Part shown: one piece after another, positions 1 through 9,098 of the stretch | Position numbering within the stretch: position 1 is the first letter of the stretch | Layout: the number at the start of each line of letters is the position of its first letter | The notes under the pieces: generated by a model | Seen by the model: the letters and a program-made list of their open reading frames with translations, nothing else | Database searches by the model: none | Told to the model about the DNA's origin: nothing | Program-made: the position numbers and the translations under genes | DNA from: an uncultured Nitrososphaerota archaeon | GTDB lineage: Archaea > Thermoproteota > Nitrososphaeria > Nitrososphaerales > Gagatemarchaeaceae | NCBI GenBank assembly: GCA_963703285.1 | Contig: OY969807.1 | Coordinates: forward strand, 1,408,001 to 1,472,000 | Length of the DNA stretch: 64,000 nt | Direction of reading: 5' to 3'

Positions 1-2277
1 GTTCTCCCTCTGCGTGGTCAGGGCCGAGGAGGCCCGTCCGATTGTGGAGTACATCTCCTGCACGTACTCGACCGCCGGGTACCCCGCGACGAAGTCTAGC
101 CGCTCCACGCCGTCCTGTATGCGCTCGGTCTTGACGATCTTGATGAGGCCGACCTCCCCGGTCGTCCTGGTGTGGGTTCCTCCGCAGGCCTGGATGTCCC
201 AGTCCGAGATGCTGACTATCCTGAGCTTCGCCGAGGGGACGACGCCGCCCTGGAAGATCCGGAAGCCGTACGTCTCCTCGGCGACCCTCCTCGGCACGCC
301 GGTTATCGTGACCGGAAGGTTCTTCATCACAATGTCGTTGGCCACGTCCTCGATCTTCCGGACCTCCTTCTCCGTGAGGTGTGCGAAGTGGGTGATGTCG
401 AGCCTGCCGTAATCCGCCTCCTTGAACGCGGAGTGTTGCCAGACCCAGGGGCCGAGGACCTGCCGGGAGGCTCCGTTCAGGATGTGCGTCGCGGTATGGA
501 TGCGCTTGATCCTCTGCCTCCTGACAGAGTCAACCTCTCCGTGGACGTTCGAACCGACGGCCGGGAGATCCCCCGCGATCTTGTGCAGGACCACGGTTCC
601 GTACTTGATTGCGTCTTCCACTTTCATTCCGTCTATGGTTCCGTGGTCCGGTTCCTGCCCACCGCCCCGCGGGAAGAACGCGGTCTGGTCGAGCGCGACG
701 AAGCCGCCCTCGAAGGTCTTCAGAACCCGAGCATCGAACCGGAACGTGTCAGGTTCCTCGTAGTAGAGCAGGCGGGTGTCAGGGACGTCCGCGACGTCGA
801 ACCTCGGGCCCTTCTCCTCCTCCTTCTGGAGGATGTGTTTGGAGACGACGCGCTGGTAGAAATCGTCGGGGATGGCGACCTTCAGGCCCGCCTGGACGAG
901 CTGCTCCGGCGTTATGCCGTCGGAGTCGTACAGCTTCACCAGGTCGTCCGTGCCAAGCTCCCTCTTCGAGCTGGAGAGCGAGGAGATAGTCTTTGACACC
1001 CGTTCCATCGTCGAGCCGTAGCGGGCCTCTTCCACGTCCAGCACCTCCGAGACGTCGCCCCTGTGCTGCTCGAGCTCGGGGAACATCCCAGAGAGCTGGT
1101 CTATGTGCCAATTGATGACGTCGTGGAGGTCGAACTTGAAGCCGTAGCGCTGGACGAACGACTGCGCCCGCCTGAAGACGACCCGCAGGTTGTATCCGCC
1201 GCCCACGTTACTGGGCAGGAGCCCGTCGGCGATCCCGAAGAGGAGGGTCCTCGAGTGGTCCGCGATGGCGTAGAAGGCTTCTAGCGGAGCGAGTTTCTCG
1301 GTAAGGTCCGAGACCGGCACCCCGAGCTCCCTCGCTATCATTCCCCTCGCCTCCGAGAGGTTGGGGAAGTCGTCGACGTTCATCGTCCCCGCGACGCGGG
1401 AGTAGCGGAGGAAGAGGTCGTGGTCATACTCGAAGGGTGAGGCCTCCTTCATCCGCTTGAGGACGGGCGCGAACGCTACGTCGTACGAGGTCGGAGTCCC
1501 CTGCGTGATCCAGGCCAGTCTCTCGAGTCCGGAACCCATGTCGATGACCTTCTCCTTCATCTCCGTGAAGGACGACGGGCTGCCCTCGAAGGCGGTGAAG
1601 ACGGCGTTCCCCAGTTCGAGACCCCGGGCGAAGTAGTCGAGACAGTACCCGAAGGCGCCGTACCCCACCCAGACGCCCTCGATGAATGACAGTTCCTCTT
1701 CCGGTATGCCTAGCACCTTAGTCAGCAGGTCGAAATCGAGATCGATGCACCTGTCCTTCCAGTATCCCTCCTTGTTCGCCAGCGCCGTCTGCCCAATCAT
1801 GCAGAAGGACGAGTTGTGCTTCCCGTTCACCCCGACGGTCGGCAGGTCGTTGAACCTCAGGCACATCTGCGGGACGACGAGAGGGTTCGCGGGGAGCTCG
1901 AAGATGACCTTGCCCCCCTCTATCCGCTGGAAGTCGATGATCGAGGCCACGGTGAAGTAGAGGTCGGGCCTCCACCGGGCGACCACAGGATACCGGGGGA
2001 CGATGGTGTGGCCGTTGTTGCGGAAGAACTCCTCCACCTTCCTCCAGGTGCCGACGTAGTCCAGCCTGGTCTTGGTCGGTGGGCTCCCGATGAAGGTGTA
2101 GGGCGAGCAGGGCTGGTCGTCGCACCTCGTGGCCCCGGGCCTGAGCGTCCAGAAGTGCTTCCCGCAGCTTTCGCACTTCTTCCGGACGAAGCCCCTGCGC
2201 TTGAAGAGGTCCACCATGTAGTACTTCTCGTAGTCCTTCGAGAACCTCTCCTGGAGCACGGCCTTGTCGCCCGCCAT
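1..2277 (-). CDS. alaS: Alanine--tRNA ligase, archaeal type (runs off window start)
   Basis: Manual translation MAGDKAVLQERFSKDYEKYY..CESCGKHFW..VARWRPDLYFTVASIIDFQR..NPLVVPQMCLRFNDL..IDMGSGLER..HTATHIVL..QYPCGGTH; missing from the ORF track because the stop lies outside the window. Confidence 0.95.
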   Translation of the reverse strand, partial: MAGDKAVLQERFSKDYEKYYMVDLFKRRGFVRKKCESCGKHFWTLRPGATRCDDQPCSPYTFIGSPPTKTRLDYVGTWRKVEEFFRNNGHTIVPRYPVVARWRPDLYFTVASIIDFQRIEGGKVIFELPANPLVVPQMCLRFNDLPTVGVNGKHNSSFCMIGQTALANKEGYWKDRCIDLDFDLLTKVLGIPEEELSFIEGVWVGYGAFGYCLDYFARGLELGNAVFTAFEGSPSSFTEMKEKVIDMGSGLERLAWITQGTPTSYDVAFAPVLKRMKEASPFEYDHDLFLRYSRVAGTMNVDDFPNLSEARGMIARELGVPVSDLTEKLAPLEAFYAIADHSRTLLFGIADGLLPSNVGGGYNLRVVFRRAQSFVQRYGFKFDLHDVINWHIDQLSGMFPELEQHRGDVSEVLDVEEARYGSTMERVSKTISSLSSSKRELGTDDLVKLYDSDGITPEQLVQAGLKVAIPDDFYQRVVSKHILQKEEEKGPRFDVADVPDTRLLYYEEPDTFRFDARVLKTFEGGFVALDQTAFFPRGGGQEPDHGTIDGMKVEDAIKYGTVVLHKIAGDLPAVGSNVHGEVDSVRRQRIKRIHTATHILNGASRQVLGPWVWQHSAFKEADYGRLDITHFAHLTEKEVRKIEDVANDIVMKNLPVTITGVPRRVAEETYGFRIFQGGVVPSAKLRIVSISDWDIQACGGTHTRTTGEVGLIKIVKTERIQDGVERLDFVAGYPAVEYVQEMYSTIGRASSALTTQREN

Positions 2278-2430
2278 CAGAGCACCTTGCCGGTCACCCT
2301 CCCGAATCGGTAAATAAAGTAGGAGATGCTGCGTCGCGCGGAAGCCAGCTCTCTTCGGGCGCGCGCCTGGTTTTGAAGAGGAGACCTCGAAAACTATAAA
2401 AGCGGTTGGGGGATGGCGGGCTTTTGCAAA

Positions 2431-2742
2431 ATGACCGACTCTTACATGTATGCCGCTCTTCTGCTTCACAAGGCTGGCAAGCCCATTAACGAGGATAACC
2501 TGACAGGCGTGGTCAAGGCCGCTGGAGTGGAGGTCGACCAGGTGAAGGTGAAGGCCCTGGCTTCTGCCCTCAGCGAGATCAACATAGACGATGCCCTGAA
2601 GAGCGCCTCCGCGATGGCGGTGGCGGCCCCGGCGGCAGCGGCGGCACCCGCAGCTGGTGCGGTCAAGGCGGAGGAGAAGCCGAAGGAAGAGGAGAAGAAG
2701 GAAGAGGAAGCGCTGGCGGGTCTGGCTTCCCTATTCGGCTAA
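2431..2742 (+). CDS. rpl12: 50S ribosomal protein P1/L12
   Basis: [13 protein letters not shown], Ala-rich hinge, [14 protein letters not shown]-terminus. Confidence 0.97.
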   Translation: MTDSYMYAALLLHKAGKPINEDNLTGVVKAAGVEVDQVKVKALASALSEINIDDALKSASAMAVAAPAAAAAPAAGAVKAEEKPKEEEKKEEEALAGLASLFG

Positions 2743-2831
2743 GAACGGCACCATCGTCCAAAGACAGCGTACTGGCTCTCCATGAGGGGCGCCTCCCTAG
2801 AACTACAGAGAATGTTGTCCAGGAGCTGGGC

Positions 2832-3707
2832 CTACGCGTAGCCCTTTTCCTTGGCCTTGTCGAGGACCGCATTCGCCTCGGCCTCCGCCTTCGCAAGGAT
2901 GACGGGCGCCGTCTCCGGGGTGAGTTCTCCCACCTCGACGGCCAGCGAGAACGCCTCGCGGTACGCCCGGGCGATTATATCGGGGGCGGTGTCCGGTGTG
3001 ACGTAGCCGATGTATATGGCCAGGCCCCTTGAGGAGGCGAAGCCCGAGAGCAGGCTCTCTCTGTACTTCTCCAGGTCGATGGCGACCACGTCGGCCGCGT
3101 AGATTAGGCCGTCCTCGTAGGCGAGCGCGATGGACAGCCCCGCACGGATGGGCTTGATTCCGAGCTTCGAGAGAAGGCTCGCGAGCTTCGGGGTTATGGC
3201 GGTGCCCGCCTTCGCGGCGACGGAGTCCTTGATTATCCAGATGCTCCCGGACTCGATCTTCGTCGGGATCCCGGCCTCCCTGAACTCACTGAGCACGGGG
3301 CCGGCGGGCTGGCCGGTGTTGCCGGCTGGAACGGTGATGTCGGCGGGAGCGACGTCTCCCACCCTCGCCGCAAGGCTGACCCGGTTCTTCTCCAGGAGGA
3401 GGTATACCTTGAACGGGTCGAGGTTCGAGAAGATTAACGCGTTCTGGCCCGTTAGGTACTTGAGCAGTTCGTCGGCGTTCTTTATCCCGGCCCTCTTCAG
3501 CGCGAGCTTCGCGAGGTTGTTCTTGACCACGACTATCTCCGCGTTGCCGCGGAGGACCTTCCTCACGGCCATCAGCTGCGCAGAGCGGACCTTGGAGAGC
3601 TGGGTGACGACTATGACGGGGTACTTCTGCGATAGCTTTGCGATCTTGTCCACGGTGGAGAGCTTCTTCTCACTGTACTCCCGCTGGACCTGCGCCTGCT
3701 GGCTCAT
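2832..3707 (-). CDS. rplP0: 50S ribosomal protein L10/P0
   Basis: VVKNNLAKLAL, APADITVPAGNTGQPAGP; start at MSQQAQ. Confidence 0.95.
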   Translation of the reverse strand: MSQQAQVQREYSEKKLSTVDKIAKLSQKYPVIVVTQLSKVRSAQLMAVRKVLRGNAEIVVVKNNLAKLALKRAGIKNADELLKYLTGQNALIFSNLDPFKVYLLLEKNRVSLAARVGDVAPADITVPAGNTGQPAGPVLSEFREAGIPTKIESGSIWIIKDSVAAKAGTAITPKLASLLSKLGIKPIRAGLSIALAYEDGLIYAADVVAIDLEKYRESLLSGFASSRGLAIYIGYVTPDTAPDIIARAYREAFSLAVEVGELTPETAPVILAKAEAEANAVLDKAKEKGYA

Positions 3708-4357
3708 GCTTCGCTTACCTTGCTCCTCACGGGCTTGCCCATGGTCGTCTTCACTATCACGGCCCTGATGTTCCTGTCGCCGTTGGGCAGCTTCTTCTGG
3801 ACCGCCTGGACCATCGCAAGGATGTTGTCGGCGAGGTCGGTGTCCGAGAGCTTCCTGTCTCCCACCTTCGCGGCCACTGCGAGAGCCGCCCTGCTGCGGA
3901 CCCTCACGGCGGTCCTCGTCCGGCTTATCATCGCCTCGATGGGCGCGTTTGGCGGGACGGGGGTCGGTATCTTGCCCTTCGGGCCGAGCGAGGTGCCGAG
4001 GATCTTGCCTATCCTGGGCATCAGCGCGGTGTCTGCCAGGAAGAAGTCGTACTGCCTCGCGAGCTTCTTTGCCTCCTTCTTGTTGCCCGCGAAGTTCTCG
4101 AGCTGGGAAGGCTCGAGCGTCCCCTCGACGCCCGCGTTCTTCGCCCGGAGCAGGAGGTCTCCGGAGCCGATGAAGCATATCGTTGACTTGTGGGAGCCGG
4201 GGTGGGGCAGGTAGACGGTCTCGTTGATGTTCAGGTCCGTCTTCTTGGGATCGACGTCCTTGAAGGTGATTACGGACTCGAAAGATTCGGGGAACTTCCT
4301 CTCCTTCGACTCCTTCCCCTTCTTGACGAGCTCCGCAAGTTGAACGTTTGTAAGCAA
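3704..4357 (-). CDS. rpl1: 50S ribosomal protein L1
   Basis: RKFPESFE, LGPKGKIP, VKTTMGKPV. Confidence 0.97.
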   Translation of the reverse strand: MLTNVQLAELVKKGKESKERKFPESFESVITFKDVDPKKTDLNINETVYLPHPGSHKSTICFIGSGDLLLRAKNAGVEGTLEPSQLENFAGNKKEAKKLARQYDFFLADTALMPRIGKILGTSLGPKGKIPTPVPPNAPIEAMISRTRTAVRVRSRAALAVAAKVGDRKLSDTDLADNILAMVQAVQKKLPNGDRNIRAVIVKTTMGKPVRSKVSEA

Positions 4358-4396
4358 GTGAGTTCCCGAAAGCCAGACCGCGCCAGAGGCCAGTAA

Positions 4397-5168
4397 TTAA
4401 AAGAGTTTCGATGGCTCGGCTCCCAGGGCGCGCCCCACGGGATCCCCGACCCGGAGGACTCCCTCGCCGATGGCGGTGCACATTACCCCCAGGTTGCTGC
4501 CGTGGACCTTCTGAATCGTCTCGAGTATAAGCTGGTCCTCCTCGATCCCGGGCTGCCTCATCGTCGTCACCTTACACCGGACGTTGGGCTTCTCGACGCG
4601 AACGCGAAGGGGCCCCATCTCCAGCTCGCTGCCGACCCAGCCGTCCTCCGGGAATCCGTCCAGGTCCCGCCCGGTGTCGACCACGATGTTGGGACGGAAC
4701 CGCCTTGCCTGGAAGTCGCCTCCGGGATGGGCGTCCCGCAAGCGTCCGAGCGACGCGGTGGTGATGAGGTGCAGCGTCCTGCCCGACTTGGCGCGAGACT
4801 CCGCGAACCTGGGGTACCTCACGAGCTCCAGTTCTCCGCCGAGGGCCGCGCTGATGTGAGAGTTCACCTCAGGGTCGCTGGAGGTGCAGACCGTGCGCCC
4901 TGAACTCTCGATCGAGACCTCGTGCACTCCCTCCGGGGGGCCGGAGAATCCTCGCCGAGAGCTCGAGCATAGTCGGACGACCGAGGGACTCCCCCCAAGA
5001 GAACCGGTAGGACTTCGGGTCGAGGACCCTCTTGGACGCGACCTCGCGGATGGCGTACAGGTGGTCCCCGGATATTCCGGTGGCCAGGACCCTGCTCTCC
5101 TCAAGCCTCTCCCCCTGGAGTCCGTTTACAGGATAGCGCCAAATCTCGGCGACCCGTCCAAGGGTCAT
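4397..5168 (-). pseudogene. MOSC-domain protein with an apparent +1 frameshift near 4950
   Basis: N-terminus IWRYPVNGLQGE..GISGDHLYAI is in one frame; C-terminus LHLITTASL..RRFRPNIVV..RCKVTT..LRVGD is in another. Removing one base at AGG-A-TTC restores a single ORF. Confidence 0.8.
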
Positions 5169-5192
5169 CGCAGGGGCTCGTCGTTGTCCGGG

Positions 5193-5693
5193 CTATTTCT
5201 TCGCTTCGAACGCCGCGATGGCCTCGTCCCACTTGCCCTCTTCGATCTGCTTTGTGAACTGCCGCGGGTCCGTGTCCTCGACCTTGAGGCCCATGCTGAC
5301 GCAGCTCCCGACGACTTCCTTCACAGAGGACTTGATCGACTTGGCGTACGAGTCGTTGATCTTAATCCTGGCGATGCCGAGGACCTTGTCGAAGGAGACG
5401 TTCCCGACGAAGTCGACGTTCGGCTTTCCCGAGCCCTTGGGGATGGCGGCTTCCTTCACGAGGAGAGCGGAGGTGGTGGGGGTCCCCACGGAGACCGTGA
5501 ACTTCTTGGTCTCCTGGTCGACCTCGACCTTCACCGGGACCTTCATCCCCTTGAAGTCCGCGGTCACCCTGTTGATCTCGTTGACGACCTGCAGCACGTT
5601 GACCCCGAGCGGCCCGATTGCGGGCCCGAGGGGCGCCCCGGCGGAGGCCTCGCCGCCCGTCACCAGTACGGAGATAATCTTCTTCTCGCCCAT
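5193..5693 (-). CDS. rpl11: 50S ribosomal protein L11
   Basis: GGEASAGAPLGPAIGPLG, VVGSCVSMG. Confidence 0.97.
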   Translation of the reverse strand: MGEKKIISVLVTGGEASAGAPLGPAIGPLGVNVLQVVNEINRVTADFKGMKVPVKVEVDQETKKFTVSVGTPTTSALLVKEAAIPKGSGKPNVDFVGNVSFDKVLGIARIKINDSYAKSIKSSVKEVVGSCVSMGLKVEDTDPRQFTKQIEEGKWDEAIAAFEAKK

Positions 5694-5780
5694 AAGCAGC
5701 ACTTGTTGGAATTGGGCGCTTTCTGGCAGCGTATCTAAAGCTTTTCCGGCGGTTCCGGCGGGTGAAGGTCGGGAGGGAGG

Positions 5781-5830
5781 CTAGGCCGGCTGCTTCGCGG
5801 CCTCTGGCTTGGCCTTCTCGACAATCTTGA
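5781..5830 (-). other. Stranded copy of the spt5 3' end (..KIVEKAKPEAAKQPA*)
   Basis: Reads (c)TC AAG ATT GTC GAG AAG GCC AAG CCA GAG GCC GCG AAG CAG CCG GCC TAG and aligns with the current Spt5 tail LKIISKGTTEAKK. Confidence 0.7.
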
Positions 5831-6016
5831 CTAGCCTGTGGCAGGGTCGTACCAGCGGGCTCCCGAGTAGTACAGCCCGGTGGACTCTTCCGTCGGCTTG
5901 GTAGTGTATTCGAACGCAGCCGTCCCCGACGCGCCATATGTTGGCCCGTAGGGCCTGTAGTCCGAGCTAAACAGCGTCGACTCCGAGGAGCTCGTCACAA
6001 GCCTGACGCTCCCCAA
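5831..6016 (-). pseudogene. RHS repeat-associated core domain fragment
   Basis: LGSVRLVT..DYRPYG..FEYTTKP..STGLYYSGARWYDPATG matches the RHS core consensus; truncated at both ends. Confidence 0.85.
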
Positions 6017-6022
6017 GCGACG

Positions 6023-6532
6023 CTAATAAGTCGACGCTTCGTTCTTAATCTCTGCATTCTTTTTGGCTTCTGTCGTTCCTTTCGAAATTATTTTCAAGTA
6101 GGCGGCGTCAAGGACAACGGGCATCTGGTAGGGCGTGTCCAGGAGGATCACAGTGACCTCCTGCTTGGCCGTCTCTATCCTGACTATCTTGGCGCGCATC
6201 GTCTTGAAGGGACCTGCCACTATCTCGACGATGTCGTTGTCGGAGAGCTCGGCGACCATGGACTTCGTGACCAGGAACTTCTCGATGTCTGAGAACTGCA
6301 TCATGCCGGGGATCTTGCTGCGGACGTGCTTGAACCCCTGGATGCTCTCGTCCACGACCTGCGAGTTGGGCGCCTCGAAGAGGACGTATCCCTTCCACGT
6401 GTCGAGTGCGAGTATGGAATAGATGGGTTTCTTCTTTTGCATAGCCTTGTTCGCCACGAAGGTCGCGACCGTCCTTTCCTGTCCGCCGGTGGTCTTGACC
6501 GGATAGATGGAGCTCTGTCTCTGTTCTGACAA
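6023..6532 (-). CDS. spt5: Transcription elongation factor Spt5 (NusG family)
   Basis: VKTTGGQE, KGYVLFEA, KOW motif IVEIVAGPFK. Confidence 0.97.
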   Translation of the reverse strand: MSEQRQSSIYPVKTTGGQERTVATFVANKAMQKKKPIYSILALDTWKGYVLFEAPNSQVVDESIQGFKHVRSKIPGMMQFSDIEKFLVTKSMVAELSDNDIVEIVAGPFKTMRAKIVRIETAKQEVTVILLDTPYQMPVVLDAAYLKIISKGTTEAKKNAEIKNEASTY

Positions 6533-6547
6533 GATTGCGGGCCTCGT

Positions 6548-6724
6548 CTAGCCGAAGATGCTCGGCAGCACAGTCGAGATGAACTTGATCAGGAATCCCA
6601 TGGTCCCGACCACGGCGACGCCGAGGAGGACGAGCTTGAGGTAGAGCATGAACTGCTCCTTGTCGCTCTTCTTGGAGAGCCTGAGAACCGACCCCATGGC
6701 GGCGAGGAAATCGCGAAGTGTCAA
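6548..6724 (-). CDS. secE: Protein translocase SecE / Sec61-gamma
   Basis: VLRLSKKSDKEQF plus TM segment ..VGTMGFLIK; directly upstream of spt5. Confidence 0.9.
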   Translation of the reverse strand: MTLRDFLAAMGSVLRLSKKSDKEQFMLYLKLVLLGVAVVGTMGFLIKFISTVLPSIFG

Positions 6725-6872
6725 ACCTGTAACCTTCTCAGGACGTACCACAGGTGGCTGTTTATAAAAGTACCCAACGGTTCCCACCCTCGAAGAGTCT
6801 GGGACGGTACGACGAGCCCTTCGGTGTTCAAACGCTTTTCTCCCCACAGGACGGGCCACAGGGAGCCTGCTC

Positions 6873-7700
6873 ATGACCCCAGAGGGTTCCCCTGCGACCG
6901 TCCTGATCACGTCGACGAAGGACGAGGCCTCGGTCACCATAGCCAAGGGCCTTGTAAGGAACCATGGGTTCGAGTCGACCGAGATCGAGCTCATGGGGAG
7001 GCCGGTCCTCCAGATGGGGTCGCTCCTTCTCGTGACCATCGACACGGAGATGATCGAGCCGCCCGACCTCGATGAGTACTTCAACCCCCGGGCCTACGTC
7101 TTCCTCTCCAGGCACTACGCGGAGTCCGGGATACCATCCCTCACGGTCCACACGACGGGCAACTTCGGAGACGAGGCCGTGCTCGGAGGGAGGCCAAGGG
7201 AGGTCGGATGGGTGAACCCGGACCTGCAGAAGAATTACCTGCAGGCGCTGAGCAGGCGCAAGGGCGAGCTCGAGGGGTACGAGATAACGATAGAGGCGAC
7301 CCACCACGGGCCTACGTCTCTCAAGAGGCCCGTCCTATTCGTGGAGCTGGGCTCCTCCGAGAAGAACTGGAGGGACGAGAGGGCCGGGGCGGTCATCGGA
7401 GACGCGCTGGTGGAGGCCCTGACGGAGGGGAGGTCGTGGGAGAAGGTGGCGCTCGCGTTCGGGGGGTCCCACTACCCCGCCAAGTTCAACAGTCTCCTGC
7501 TCGAGACCGACTTCGCCCTCTCCTCCATCGTCCCGAAGCACAGCCTGGCGGGGGTCGACGAAGCCATGTTCGGCCAGATAATCCAGAAGACCACGAGGTT
7601 CCCCCGCAACGTGGCGGTCGACTGGAAGGGGCTTGGCCCAAACAAGGAGAGAATCACCTCCCTCGCCAAGCAGTTCGCGCTGGAAATCGTGAGGGTCTAG
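6873..7700 (+). CDS. dtdA: D-aminoacyl-tRNA deacylase (DTD2)
   Basis: FLSRH, LTVHTTGN, EATHHGP, FVELGS, GGSHY. Confidence 0.95.
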   Translation: MTPEGSPATVLITSTKDEASVTIAKGLVRNHGFESTEIELMGRPVLQMGSLLLVTIDTEMIEPPDLDEYFNPRAYVFLSRHYAESGIPSLTVHTTGNFGDEAVLGGRPREVGWVNPDLQKNYLQALSRRKGELEGYEITIEATHHGPTSLKRPVLFVELGSSEKNWRDERAGAVIGDALVEALTEGRSWEKVALAFGGSHYPAKFNSLLLETDFALSSIVPKHSLAGVDEAMFGQIIQKTTRFPRNVAVDWKGLGPNKERITSLAKQFALEIVRV

Positions 7701-7717
7701 GACGGCGGCGCCCGGGC

Positions 7718-8623
7718 TCAGCCCATCAGGGCGTCCACGAACGAGCCGACGTCGAACCTCTTCAGGTCCTTGTAGTCCTGCCCCACCCCGAGGTAGAGGA
7801 TGGGCCGTCCCGTCGTGTAAGCGATGGAGAGCGCGGCGCCCCCCCTCGTGTCTGCGTCCGTCTTCGTCAGTATCGCGCCGTCGAAGCCGGTGTACTTATT
7901 GAAGAGCTGGGCCTGGGAGATGGCGTCGTTGCCGGCCAGCGAGTCGCCGATGAAGATCTTGAAGTCGGGGTTGACGACCCTGACAATCTTACCCATCTCC
8001 TCCATGAGGTTCTGGTTGGTCTGCATCCTCCCTGCGGTGTCGACGAGGAGGACGTCGACGTGGTGCGCCTTGGCGTAGAGGACCCCGTCCCTCGCGACAG
8101 CGGCCGGGTCCGCCCCGTACCTCTGCGCTATCACCTTGGCGGAGACCCTGCCTGCATGCTCGGTGAGCTGCTCTATGGCCCCGGCCCTGTGGGTGTCCCC
8201 GGCGGCGACCACGACGGAGTAACCCGCCTGCTTGAGGAGATAGGCGAACTTGGCCACCGTCGTCGTCTTGCCCGTCCCGTTGATCCCGAGGAAGAGTATC
8301 GTGAAGGGCTCGCCCCTCTTCTTCTTCTCGTCGATGAGCCCGAAAAGGTCGACTGACCCCGCCTTCGCGAAGATCTCGGTAATCGACCTGCGGAGCCCCT
8401 CCTGAACGAGGGATGCCGTCTCCTTCGAGCGCTCGACGGACAGCCCGGCCATCTGGGACTTCAGGGACGCGCCGATGCTGTCGACGACCTCCTGGGCGAC
8501 GTCGCTCTCCAGGAGCGTGAGCTGGAAGCTGTAGAGCGCTTCGTCGAGTTCCTTCTCCGAGAGCTTCCTCTCGGAGATTACCTTCGTGAGGGACGAAAAG
8601 GCCTGTCTAAGCTTGTCAAACAA
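7718..8623 (-). CDS. ftsY: SRP receptor FtsY
   Basis: GINGTGKTTT, DTAGR, TKTD, GVGQ. Confidence 0.97.
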   Translation of the reverse strand: MFDKLRQAFSSLTKVISERKLSEKELDEALYSFQLTLLESDVAQEVVDSIGASLKSQMAGLSVERSKETASLVQEGLRRSITEIFAKAGSVDLFGLIDEKKKRGEPFTILFLGINGTGKTTTVAKFAYLLKQAGYSVVVAAGDTHRAGAIEQLTEHAGRVSAKVIAQRYGADPAAVARDGVLYAKAHHVDVLLVDTAGRMQTNQNLMEEMGKIVRVVNPDFKIFIGDSLAGNDAISQAQLFNKYTGFDGAILTKTDADTRGGAALSIAYTTGRPILYLGVGQDYKDLKRFDVGSFVDALMG

Positions 8624-8629
8624 CGCCGA

Positions 8630-9046
8630 CTACTGACCCTGTCTGCTCAGTATCGACTGCAGCGCTCTCCGGTCGGACTCGAGCCGCTGCGCTATCTGGT
8701 TGCGCTGCGAGGCTACGGCCCCGAGGTCCTCTTCGAGCTCACCCGTCCGGGCCTCTATGAACTTGACAGCGTCCTCCCTCGTCCTCTCGACGACGACGTT
8801 TGCGCCGATGTTCAGCAGGACCTTGTCGGTCTGAGGGGGAGTTGCGCGGAGAAGTACCCCGCCGCCCACTGGGATGAGCGCCTCCTCCGTGGGGGAGCTG
8901 AGCCCCTTGATCGTGGCGAGGGAGGATTGGCTCTCTATAAGTATCCTCTCGAGGAGGTTCTGGCGGGCAGACATGTCGTTGTAAGTGCTCTCCAGCACCC
9001 TGATCTCCGCAACCAGGTTGTTGACCATCTCCTCGTCTTTGCTCAA
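8630..9046 (-). CDS. pfdA: Prefoldin alpha subunit
   Basis: Coiled coils with LIPVGGG and VLLNIGANVVVE hairpins; conserved position before ftsY. Confidence 0.92.
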   Translation of the reverse strand: MSKDEEMVNNLVAEIRVLESTYNDMSARQNLLERILIESQSSLATIKGLSSPTEEALIPVGGGVLLRATPPQTDKVLLNIGANVVVERTREDAVKFIEARTGELEEDLGAVASQRNQIAQRLESDRRALQSILSRQGQ

Positions 9047-9098
9047 GTCGGATTCCGAGCCACAGCCCGTTCGGACCCTTTTTAATCTTGAGGGTGCG

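Noticed and set aside
14-2313. Several long + strand ORFs
   Set aside because: Antisense shadows of alaS, typical of high-GC DNA; no motifs
4930-4955. Programmed frameshift at the C6 run in the MOSC gene
   Set aside because: The homology break seems to lie just upstream of the run, and similar +1 insertions occur elsewhere, so error or decay is simpler
6760-6872. Possible small RNA between secE and dtdA
   Set aside because: Only a TATA-like box and weak hairpins; explained as a divergent promoter region
9047-9098. Absence of rplX between eIF6 and pfdA
   Set aside because: Expected for Nitrososphaerota; used only as a taxonomic hint
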